In this document: positions 1 through 7,325 of the stretch, piece by piece | How the letters are laid out: the number at the start of each line of letters is the position of its first letter | Numbering within the stretch: position 1 is the first letter of the stretch | Assembly (NCBI GenBank): GCA_022572465.1 | Contig: JACZVV010000002.1 | Span: 1 to 63,964, forward strand | Origin: Chloroflexota bacterium | GTDB taxonomy: Bacteria; Chloroflexota; Dehalococcoidia; SHYB01 | Length of the DNA: 63,964 bases | Direction of reading: 5' to 3' | Position numbers and translations under genes: made by a program | The notes under the pieces: model-generated | Databases searched by the model: none | Seen by the model: the letters and a program-made list of their open reading frames with translations, nothing else | Told to the model about the DNA's origin: nothing

Positions 1-1
1 G

Positions 2-169
2 AGAAGATTATACCATTCTGAAGAGCAGGAAGAGCTTGATGAAGCACTATTTAGGAATGGGGCTATTCTGTTATGTAGTGAGCCGACGCCAGAACGCTGC
101 CACCGGAGACTGGCTGCGGAGTATCTAAATCAGGAGATGTTTGCAGGCGCTCGTATCGAGCATCTTTGA
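2..169 (+). CDS. DUF488-family protein, C-terminal fragment (5' end outside window)
   Basis: Own translation of frame +2 (too short for the ORF track): ...RNGAILLCSEPTPERCHRRLAAEYLNQEMFAGARIEHL*, stop TGA 167-169. The LLC-E-x5-CHR block is the C-terminal signature I recall for DUF488. Lies in the low-GC left edge. Confidence 0.4.
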   Translation, partial: RRLYHSEEQEELDEALFRNGAILLCSEPTPERCHRRLAAEYLNQEMFAGARIEHL

Positions 170-180
170 TCGGCGTTGTC

Positions 181-1398
181 ATGCAAAAGACTCTGGTAAT
201 AACAGACGTTTCCAGGATGAGCGGAGATAAAGTTTGTGTCGCTGGGCTTGACGCACAAGGCAATTGTGTTCGACCGATTATGCGAGGTCACATGCGGGAG
301 TCCCACCTCTATCAGGGGGGGGAGCTAGTAGTGCACCCCAGAGCGAAGGTTCAGTTTGATCTGTCGGCTCGTCAGATATCACTTCCCCATTCAGAGGATA
401 TGGAGTTCAGGCTAGATTCGATAGCGAACAAAGGCATTTGCAGCGATGTGGAGTGGGAGAGCGCACTGAAGCAGTCCTGCTTCTCGAGCGTCGCGGATAT
501 ATTTGATGGGTATCTAGTTGACGATCGATATGTGCTACCTGGCCGGGAAACGCGTTCGCTTGGAACCGTCACAGATGTTGGCATAGTCTATGTTGAGATA
601 GATGACTACTTTCGAAGGCGCTACAGATTAGACTTCAGAGACGCTCAAGGCGATGCATATCTACGTGTGCCAATCAATGATCTGACGTTTCGGGCCTATC
701 TTGATGAATTGTGCAACACTTCGGGAGGTGAGATGAAAGCGACACGGGTCGCGCTGGACGAGTTGCGGTCGTCCAGCAGGGTATACCTGCGAATTGGCCT
801 CGCTCGACCCTGGAAGCGAGAAGGTTATCCCAAGGCCTGCTGGACCCAGGTGACGGGCATCTACACCTTGCCCGACTACCTTGAGCCGGGACTGGACATC
901 GTGTTCGTCGGCATCAACCCCGGTTGGCGCTCGGCAAACGAGGGCCATTACTTCGCCACGCCCCGAAATCGGTTCTGGCCCGCCTTCAACGCGGCTGAGC
1001 TGACGCCGGCGCCGTTGGGGCCGGAGACCGACTCCCACGCGCTCCGCTATGGAATTGGTTTCACCGACTTGGTCAAGCGGGCGACGCGGCAGATGGCGGA
1101 GCTGAAGACCGCCGAGTTTCGCGAGGGCGCACCGGTTCTCCAGGGAAAGCTGATGGATTGCCAGCCGCGCGTGGTGTGCTTCAACGGCGTCAGCGGCTAC
1201 AAGAACTACCTCCGGTTTGCCGAATCGACCACCGGCGCCGTGGAGATAGGACTCCAACCCCGGCAGATCGGCCGCTCCAAGGTCTTCGTGGTCCCGTCCA
1301 CCAGTCCGGCCAATGCCGCCGTCTCGCTGGAGGAGATCGTGGCCAGCCTCCGCGAGCTCAAGGGGCTCGTAGCGACGTTGGAGGATGGCGATGGCTAA
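181..1398 (+). CDS. Two-domain protein: uncharacterised ~230-aa N-terminal domain fused to a Mug/TDG-type (UDG family 2) mismatch DNA glycosylase
   Basis: ORF track 166..1398; ATG 181 (MQKTLVITDV) preferred over TTG 166. In the C-terminal ~165 aa, DIVFVGINPGWRSANEGHYFATPRNRFWPAF and VVPSTSPAN match the GINPG..NRFW and PNPSG blocks of E. coli Mug. The N-terminal part (VITDVSRMSGDKVCVAGLD...) has no motif I can name. Confidence 0.75.
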   Translation: MQKTLVITDVSRMSGDKVCVAGLDAQGNCVRPIMRGHMRESHLYQGGELVVHPRAKVQFDLSARQISLPHSEDMEFRLDSIANKGICSDVEWESALKQSCFSSVADIFDGYLVDDRYVLPGRETRSLGTVTDVGIVYVEIDDYFRRRYRLDFRDAQGDAYLRVPINDLTFRAYLDELCNTSGGEMKATRVALDELRSSSRVYLRIGLARPWKREGYPKACWTQVTGIYTLPDYLEPGLDIVFVGINPGWRSANEGHYFATPRNRFWPAFNAAELTPAPLGPETDSHALRYGIGFTDLVKRATRQMAELKTAEFREGAPVLQGKLMDCQPRVVCFNGVSGYKNYLRFAESTTGAVEIGLQPRQIGRSKVFVVPSTSPANAAVSLEEIVASLRELKGLVATLEDGDG

Positions 1399-1984
1399 GC
1401 TCCGCGCTTTCATCGCCGTCGAGCTGGGCGAGGCGCTCCGGCGAGCGCTCGGAGAGGTGCAGGCCCAGGTGAGGGCGGCGGTCGATCTGCCGGTGCGCTG
1501 GGTTGAGCCCGAAAAGGCCCATCTGACGCTCAAGTTTCTGGGCGACATCGACGAAGGCCAGGTCGAGGGCATCGTGTCGGCGATGGCCGACATCGCCTCC
1601 CAGGCCCAGCCGTTGACCGTGGCCCTCGGCGACGTTGGCGGCTTCCCCACGCTGGCCCGGCCTCGGGTGCTATGGGTCGGCCTCCGGGGCGACGTCGGCC
1701 CCCTGACGGACCTGCAACAGGCCCTGGAGCGCCGGCTGGAATCGCTGGGTTTCGCTGCCGAAGGCCGCCCCTTCGCACCGCATCTGACGCTTGGCAGGGT
1801 GCGAGGCGGCGACCGCTCTCGACGCTTGGACGAGGCTACCGGGCTCGCCGCGGACGCCCCTTCAGCGGAGGCGGTCCAACGGGTCGATCGCATCAGTCTG
1901 ATGCAAAGCACCCTCCGGGCCCAGGGCGCTGAGTACCGGTCGCTACGGTCCGTAATTCTGGGCTCCGAGTTGTCAGTCCCCTAG
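1385..1984 (+). CDS. thpR: RNA 2',3'-cyclic phosphodiesterase / 2'-5' RNA ligase family (2H phosphoesterase)
   Basis: Two H-x-T-x motifs (HLTLKFLG and HLTLGRV) about 85 aa apart; 199 aa; start overlaps the upstream stop by 14 nt. Confidence 0.8.
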   Translation: MAMAKLRAFIAVELGEALRRALGEVQAQVRAAVDLPVRWVEPEKAHLTLKFLGDIDEGQVEGIVSAMADIASQAQPLTVALGDVGGFPTLARPRVLWVGLRGDVGPLTDLQQALERRLESLGFAAEGRPFAPHLTLGRVRGGDRSRRLDEATGLAADAPSAEAVQRVDRISLMQSTLRAQGAEYRSLRSVILGSELSVP

Positions 1985-2042
1985 TCTCTCGTGTATACTT
2001 CTCATCTGTATCACTCTTCTCAAGGTGGAGGTGCGCGTCGCG

Positions 2043-2246
2043 ATGGAGTTCCCGAAATGTCAAAAATGCGCCGTGGGCGACCTGGTTCCTTTATCCGATT
2101 TTGGTAGCCAGGGGGCGCCGATTCACTACAAGGCCTGGGTCTGCACGAACCCCGAATGCGCGTACAATATCAAGATCCGTAACGGCGACGTCTACCTGAA
2201 CGAACCCATCAACGATGGGGTCAATCACCCAGCCAGGTTTCGATAG
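2043..2246 (+). CDS. Small zinc-ribbon protein, function unknown
   Basis: ORF track 2025..2246; ATG 2043 preceded by GGAGG. KCQKC plus CTNPEC gives a 4-Cys zinc-ribbon pattern. No family recognised. Confidence 0.5.
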   Translation: MEFPKCQKCAVGDLVPLSDFGSQGAPIHYKAWVCTNPECAYNIKIRNGDVYLNEPINDGVNHPARFR

Positions 2247-2452
2247 GGCGATACGCGCCAAGGTCCAACACCCTCCCGGCTTCACCTGGGCGCGCCCGCG
2301 CATGTAATTTAAGGCTGGCCGATGGCTTTGCGCCGATCGCCGCCGTTGGCAGCTACTGCTTCTACTCCGTAAAGGCCCGCGTCGTCGAGCAGTTGGTCCG
2401 GGGCAGCGTCGTCTCTCCTGGGGCGTGACGCGGCCTCCGGGCCGGCGCCCTC

Positions 2453-3139
2453 CTACCAGGGGCTTACGCGGTAGAACATCGAGGCCCCATCGATCTGGAC
2501 ATAATCGGGGACGCCCGGCGAAGAGAATCGGCGGCCAACCTCTCCCGCCAGCCATTGCGGATCGCCGATATCCGACTCGTACACCGCCAGGAATCTGGGC
2601 TGGCCGGGGTCCGCCATCGACCGGAAGGGCTCCCCGGTGATCAGCTCGCCGAAGGACCCGGTGTGGTAGAGGCCCAGCTCCACCACCTCCGGCACGTGGG
2701 TCTCGGTGTACCACCGCTTGACGTCGGCCTCCTTGCTGGGTTCCTGGGCGTCGATTCGGACCGCCAGCAGACTCTGAGTCCGCTTGCGCCGGTCGGTGCT
2801 CGACACGATGGTGAGCTGACGGTAGACGCCGTAAAAGGCCCTGGCGGTGCCGGCGTGGATTCGATGCTCCGTTCGAAGCTTCGCCACCGTTTTCGTGAAC
2901 TCGGCATACGCGCCGTCGAGGTCTTGCCAGTAGCACTCGTAGAAGGCCAGGAACTTGCCCTCGCCAGGCCGAGGGGGCGAGAAGACGTTGTGAAACATCG
3001 TGGCGTTGACGAAGATCCCCGGCTCGGTGACGTCAGGGAAATGGACGTCGTGATACCACTGGTTGTACTCGATCTCCTTGGCGGGATCGTCGACGTTGGT
3101 GTTGGTGTACATGATCCCGACGGGCCGTCGACCGTCCAT
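2453..3139 (-). CDS. Hypothetical protein with an internal duplication (tandem alpha+beta-barrel, EthD/DUF4286-like, tentative)
   Basis: ORF track 2453..3226; in-frame ATG at 3139 has AGGAGGA upstream. Two homologous halves: EYNQWYHDVHFPDV...KFLAFYE and DVKRWYTETHVPEV...RFLAVYE. Confidence 0.55.
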   Translation of the reverse strand: MDGRRPVGIMYTNTNVDDPAKEIEYNQWYHDVHFPDVTEPGIFVNATMFHNVFSPPRPGEGKFLAFYECYWQDLDGAYAEFTKTVAKLRTEHRIHAGTARAFYGVYRQLTIVSSTDRRKRTQSLLAVRIDAQEPSKEADVKRWYTETHVPEVVELGLYHTGSFGELITGEPFRSMADPGQPRFLAVYESDIGDPQWLAGEVGRRFSSPGVPDYVQIDGASMFYRVSPW

Positions 3140-3189
3140 GCAGCGCCTCCTCCTGGTGTAACCTGTGTCCCCGGTTGCACACGCAATCC

Positions 3190-3210
3190 CCTCTCCCTTC
3201 GAGGGAGAGG
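3190..3210 (-). terminator. Perfect 9-10 bp GC-rich hairpin downstream of the LLM gene (no U-tract)
   Basis: CCTCTCCCT-TCG-AGGGAGAGG read directly, located between the LLM stop (3278) and the next minus-strand start (3139). Confidence 0.3.
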
Positions 3211-3277
3211 GTGAGGGTGATCCCAATCTGTCGGCCCCATTTTCGGGATGGCTTCACGTGTCGTCGAAACGTGAACG

Positions 3278-4237
3278 TCACGCGAACCGCGGCATCACCT
3301 CACGGGCAAAGGTGCGGAGATTGTCCAGCTCTTCCACGTCCCAAAAGCTCACGATGAAGTATTCGACGCCGGCGTCGACGAGGGCCTGAAGCTGCTGGGA
3401 GATCTGGTCGGGCGTGCCCATGATCGTCCGGTTGCGAAAGTGCGGCTCGTTGGAGCCGGCCGGACACAGGCGTTGGATCTTCGCCGCCTCTTCGGCCTTG
3501 TCCGCCGCCAGCATGACCGGCGTCAGCCGCGTCTTGAGGATGGCGTCGTAGTCCGTTCCCAGCCGCTGGCAGTGGCCGCGCAGCACGCCGAGAACGCGGG
3601 CGCACTCCTCCGGCGTCCCACCTCCGAGGTTGTGGGCCTGGGCGTATTGGGCCGTGATCCGCAGCGTCACCTTCTCGCCGTTGCCGCCGACGAGGATCGG
3701 CGGGTGAGGCTTTTGGACCGGCTTGGGACTGTTCACGGCGTCGCGGACCTGGTAGTACTTCCCTTCGAACGTTGCGCGCTCCTGGGTCCACATCGCCAGG
3801 AGCACCTGTATCGCCTCCTCCAGCTTTCGCATCCGCACGCCCACCTCGGGGAAATCGAGGCCGTAGGCCTTGTGCTCCCAGTCGCACCATCCGGCGCCCA
3901 TCCCCACGATCAGTCTTCCGTGGCTCACGACGTCGATGGTGGAGGTGATCTTGGCCAGGATCGACGGACTCCGGAACCCCGCGGCGGAGACCAGGCTGCC
4001 CAGCTTGATTCGCGTGGTGCTGGCCGCCAGGGCCGCCAGACTCGACCAGCACTCGGGCAGCGGGTCGGTCTCCGGCGCTACGACAGGGATCTGGAACAGA
4101 TGGTCCATGAGCCAGACGGAGTCGAAGCCCAGCTCCTCGGCCGTCTGGGTGATCTCGCGCCCCACGTCGAAGACGTTGTCGTTGGCTCTCGTGGGGAACG
4201 AAAAGCTGGGCAACTGAAGGCCGAACTGGGCTGGCAT
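3278..4237 (-). CDS. Luciferase-like monooxygenase (LLM) family, F420/FMN-dependent oxidoreductase
   Basis: Inner part of the 736-aa ORF 3278..5488. Start MPAQFGLQLPSF at 4237 (319 aa counted) has AGGAG upstream. Typical LLM blocks: GFDSVWLMDHLF, IVGMGAGW, KPHPPILVGG. The upstream 417 codons are antisense to the recombinase gene and were rejected. Confidence 0.8.
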   Translation of the reverse strand: MPAQFGLQLPSFSFPTRANDNVFDVGREITQTAEELGFDSVWLMDHLFQIPVVAPETDPLPECWSSLAALAASTTRIKLGSLVSAAGFRSPSILAKITSTIDVVSHGRLIVGMGAGWCDWEHKAYGLDFPEVGVRMRKLEEAIQVLLAMWTQERATFEGKYYQVRDAVNSPKPVQKPHPPILVGGNGEKVTLRITAQYAQAHNLGGGTPEECARVLGVLRGHCQRLGTDYDAILKTRLTPVMLAADKAEEAAKIQRLCPAGSNEPHFRNRTIMGTPDQISQQLQALVDAGVEYFIVSFWDVEELDNLRTFAREVMPRFA

Positions 4238-4411
4238 GGTTGACTCCTGGCTTCGAGCTATGCAGGCGGGCGCGGCCGGGGCCGAACGCGCCCATACCGT
4301 GCATGGGATGGCGCGGCCTGTCAAGGGTTCCAAGGAGGCCTGCCGGCGATGCGCCGTCGCGGTCGTTATGGTAACATGGATGCATATGTCAACCCTCCGG
4401 GAGTCCCATCG

Positions 4412-5323
4412 ATGAAGCAGCACGTCCAGCAGTTCCTCGAGTTCCTCACGGCGGAGAAGGGCTTCTCCACCAATACCCGCGACGCCTACCAGAACGACCT
4501 GAACCAGCTCATGACGTTCCTGGCGCCCCGGCTCGGATCCGCCGCAACCGGCGACGGCTGGTCGAAGACGACCCGCGCAATGCTCTCCGACTACGTGATG
4601 GAGCTGCGCGACCGGGACTATGCTCCAACCACCGTCGCCCGAAAGATCGCGGCCGCCAAGTCGTTCTTCAACTTTCTGGTCGACGAGGCCCTGGTGACGG
4701 AGGACCCCACGGAGGACCTGGCGTCGCCCAAGGTGGGCCGTCCGCTGCCCAAGCATCTCAGCTACCAAGAGGTAGCGCTCCTCTTGGCCCAACCGGACAA
4801 GAAGGGTGCGTCGCCCGATGGCTTGCGCGACAAGGCGCTGCTTCAGCTGGTCTACGCCACCGGCATGCGCGTCACCGAGATGGTATCGCTGGACGTTGGC
4901 GACGTTAACCTCGAAAGCGGGATGGTCCGGTGCATGGGCAAAGGTTCGAAGGAGCGCATCATCCCGGTGCACCAAGAGGCCGTGGCCGTCATCGACACCT
5001 ACGTCCGCCAGGGCCGGCCGGGACTGCTGCGGAGCATCCTGGAGCCGGCCCTGTTCTTGAACCGGAGAGGGCAGAGGCTCACCCGCCAGGGCTTCTGGCT
5101 CATCTTGAAAAACTACGCCGCCGAGGCGGGGTTTCGGTCCAAGATCACGCCCCACGTGCTGCGGCACAGCTTCGCCACCCACATGCTGCGGGGCGGCGCT
5201 CCGCTGCGCAACGTCCAGGAGCTGTTGGGTCACGCCAACATCTCCACGACCCAGGTCTACACGCACCTGACCAGCGACCACGTTCGCCAGGAGTACGACA
5301 AGGCCCATCCCAGGGCGACCTAG
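4412..5323 (+). CDS. xerD: Tyrosine site-specific recombinase, XerC/XerD type
   Basis: Catalytic set: ATGMRVTEM (Arg), HVLRHSFATHML (H-x-x-R), LGHANISTTQVYTHL (His, Tyr). The C-terminal ..AHPRA matches E. coli XerC/XerD. ATG 4412 (MKQHVQQFLEFL) chosen inside ORF 4349..5323. I cannot separate XerC from XerD by eye. Confidence 0.8.
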   Translation: MKQHVQQFLEFLTAEKGFSTNTRDAYQNDLNQLMTFLAPRLGSAATGDGWSKTTRAMLSDYVMELRDRDYAPTTVARKIAAAKSFFNFLVDEALVTEDPTEDLASPKVGRPLPKHLSYQEVALLLAQPDKKGASPDGLRDKALLQLVYATGMRVTEMVSLDVGDVNLESGMVRCMGKGSKERIIPVHQEAVAVIDTYVRQGRPGLLRSILEPALFLNRRGQRLTRQGFWLILKNYAAEAGFRSKITPHVLRHSFATHMLRGGAPLRNVQELLGHANISTTQVYTHLTSDHVRQEYDKAHPRAT

Positions 5324-5333
5324 GAGACCGACG

Positions 5334-5801
5334 ATGGCCGCGCCGAGCCTGCGCATCGCCGTTGGCAGCGACCAGCGGACCGAATTGACCGACTCCCTGG
5401 TCGACGGGCTCCGGCGGCGCAAGATCGACGTCGAGCTTTTCGGCGCCCTGACCGCCGACGACCCCAATTGGCCCGAAGTGGCCCGCAAGGTCGCCGAGGG
5501 CGTGGCGTCCGGCCGGTTCGATCAGGGTGTGCTCTGCTGCTGGACCGGCACCGGCGTTGCCATGGCGGCAAACAAGGTGCCCGGCGCCCGCGCCGCCCTG
5601 TGCGCCGACGCCGAAACGGCCCGCGGCGCCCGGAAATGGAACGACGCCAACATCCTCTGTCTCAGCCTGCGCCTGACGTCCACCGCTCTGGCCGACGAGA
5701 TCATCGACGCGTGGATGGCGACCGGCGTCGACGACAGCGAGCGGGCCAATATCCAGCGGCTCAAGGCCATGGATGCGCCGACCGGCGTCCGCGTCGAATG
5801 A
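5334..5801 (+). CDS. rpiB: Ribose-5-phosphate isomerase B (RpiB/LacA/LacB family)
   Basis: RIAVGSDQ, CCWTGTGVAMAANK and ANILCLS blocks; 155 aa; AGGAG before the ATG. Confidence 0.8.
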   Translation: MAAPSLRIAVGSDQRTELTDSLVDGLRRRKIDVELFGALTADDPNWPEVARKVAEGVASGRFDQGVLCCWTGTGVAMAANKVPGARAALCADAETARGARKWNDANILCLSLRLTSTALADEIIDAWMATGVDDSERANIQRLKAMDAPTGVRVE

Positions 5802-5994
5802 CGGCTGTGTCAGACGAACAGCAGCAGATAGCGTCATACATTCCGGGTAATCAGCTCGTTGTCGACGCGATGCCGCCAACCTTGGACTTGCTGTCCAGTT
5901 TCCGGTTGTGGTATAGACTAACGTTCAAATCAGCCTACGCTGCGAGTCGAGAAGCCTGACGTACAGGGCTTAGGACAAGCGGAGGAGGTGGCAG

Positions 5995-6714
5995 ATGCCG
6001 GTCGTGACCATCGCCGGTCGGTTCGGGAGTCCTGCACGAGAGGTGGGCCTGGAGGTCGCTGGACTCTTGGGCGCCGACTACGTCGACCATCAGATCATCG
6101 CCCAAGCGGCCACGCGGTCCGGGGCGTCGGTGGAGGATTTGGCCCAGATGGACGAGCAGGCGATGCGGGGACGGGACCGCCTCGCCCGATTCTTCCAGAA
6201 CTTCCTGGAAAAATCCGCCGCTGCCGGCTCCGCCGGAGACCCGTTCCTCGGTCCCACCGGCATCGAGGTCCTGATGTCCCGAAGCATGGCCGAGGCGGCC
6301 CAGCCCGCCGAGAGCAGCGCCGAACGGCTCAACGACACCCGCTACATCAAGGTCATCACTGAAGTGATCCAGGACTTGGCCCGAGGCGGGAGCGCCGTGC
6401 TCATCGGGCGAGGCAGCAATGTGATCTTGAGAGACCTGCAGAACGCGCTCCATGTCTACATCGTTTCCAGCCTGGAATCTCGCGTCGAAGAGACGATGCG
6501 CCGGGAGAGCGTGGACAAGGCCCGAGCGGAGAAGCTTCTGAAAGGGCGCGAGGACGGCAGGTCCGCGTGGTACAAAAAATATTTTAAAGTGGCGCCCGAA
6601 GACCCCACCCTCTACCACATCTTCTTGAACTCCGACCGCATGGGAATGCGGAAATGTGCCAGGGTCGTCGTCGAGGCGGCGAGTGAGATGAAAAGCGTGG
6701 TGGCGCAGAGCTAG
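5995..6714 (+). CDS. Cytidylate-kinase-like family protein
   Basis: The N-terminal VVTIAGRFGSPAREVG block and ~240 aa length resemble the cytidylate-kinase-like family. GGAGGAGG RBS. Confidence 0.55.
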   Translation: MPVVTIAGRFGSPAREVGLEVAGLLGADYVDHQIIAQAATRSGASVEDLAQMDEQAMRGRDRLARFFQNFLEKSAAAGSAGDPFLGPTGIEVLMSRSMAEAAQPAESSAERLNDTRYIKVITEVIQDLARGGSAVLIGRGSNVILRDLQNALHVYIVSSLESRVEETMRRESVDKARAEKLLKGREDGRSAWYKKYFKVAPEDPTLYHIFLNSDRMGMRKCARVVVEAASEMKSVVAQS

Positions 6715-6812
6715 TACGCAGTCGACAGGGTTTCAACAGTGCATTGGCCGGTTGTTGATGACCTCTCCTCCTGCCCCATCAGAATCTAGTTGGCCGAGCG
6801 GCTAGCGGCGAA

Positions 6813-6878
6813 GGGCCGGAAATATTGATGCGGCTCAGCCGCCGCCTTGCGGCGCTTCCTCGCCGGCCACTATAATAA
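6813..6878 (+). repeat. Dispersed repeat copy 1 with an embedded promoter-like box (TTGCGG-18-TATAAT)
   Basis: GGGCCGGAAATATTGATGCGGCTCAGCCGCCGCCTTGCGGCG...TATAATAA. The first 44 nt match 16377.. with 2 mismatches. Contains hairpins GCGGC-TCA-GCCGC and GCCGC-CTT-GCGGC. The -10 lies about 29 nt before the ATG at 6905. Confidence 0.7.
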
Positions 6879-6904
6879 AGTGGACGTGCCTCCAAGAGTG
6901 AACC

Positions 6905-7252
6905 ATGCCCAGACGCTCCAAACAGATTGCGGCCCGGCAAGCGGCCCTGGCGAAAAAAAAGAAAAAGACCGGTCCCCGGCCGGCCATAATCTTTCGCCAA
7001 CAGGAATCGACAACCGTCACCCAGGCCGAGGCGGTGGCGACGCCGCCTCCCGTTCGACCGGGCGCGGACACGCCCGATTTCGAGGTTCCCGTCCGAGCCC
7101 GGGCAGCGCCCGCGTCCGCGCCTGCCGCGCCCGCCGCGCCCCGAGGCGCCCTGCCGACCAGCCCGTATCAGAGCAGCGACCTGAAGCGCATCGGAAAGCT
7201 CGCGGCGGTGCTGATGGTCGTCCTCATCGTTCTCACTTTCGTGATCGGATAG
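6905..7252 (+). CDS. Small tail-anchored membrane protein, Lys-rich N-terminus and Ala/Pro-rich middle
   Basis: KKKKK run, AP-rich segment, single C-terminal TM helix IGKLAAVLMVVLIVLTFVIG. No homology recognised. Confidence 0.5.
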   Translation: MPRRSKQIAARQAALAKKKKKTGPRPAIIFRQQESTTVTQAEAVATPPPVRPGADTPDFEVPVRARAAPASAPAAPAAPRGALPTSPYQSSDLKRIGKLAAVLMVVLIVLTFVIG

Positions 7253-7325
7253 GGGCTCGTTCGGCCTATCGCGCGGATGTGGACAGGCTCGGCGCTTCGG
7301 CCCCCGCGCTAGAGATCTGACAGCG

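Noticed and set aside
4412-5323. The tyrosine recombinase as a marker of an integrated mobile element (given the low-GC patch 3 kb away).
   Set aside because: The sequence looks like a chromosomal XerC/D-type dimer-resolution recombinase (full catalytic set, AHPRA tail). It is embedded between high-GC housekeeping-like genes. I saw no flanking direct repeats, tRNA target, excisionase or phage/plasmid genes.
4238-5488. N-terminal 417-codon extension of the LLM ORF (3278..5488). Similar upstream extensions: 13982..15769, 17779..19533, 36141..37247, 56393..57364 and 58876..60294.
   Set aside because: The extensions overlap other well-supported genes (antisense or out of frame) and are Arg/Pro-rich. 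Internal starts with good SD sequences coincide with the beginning of recognisable homology.
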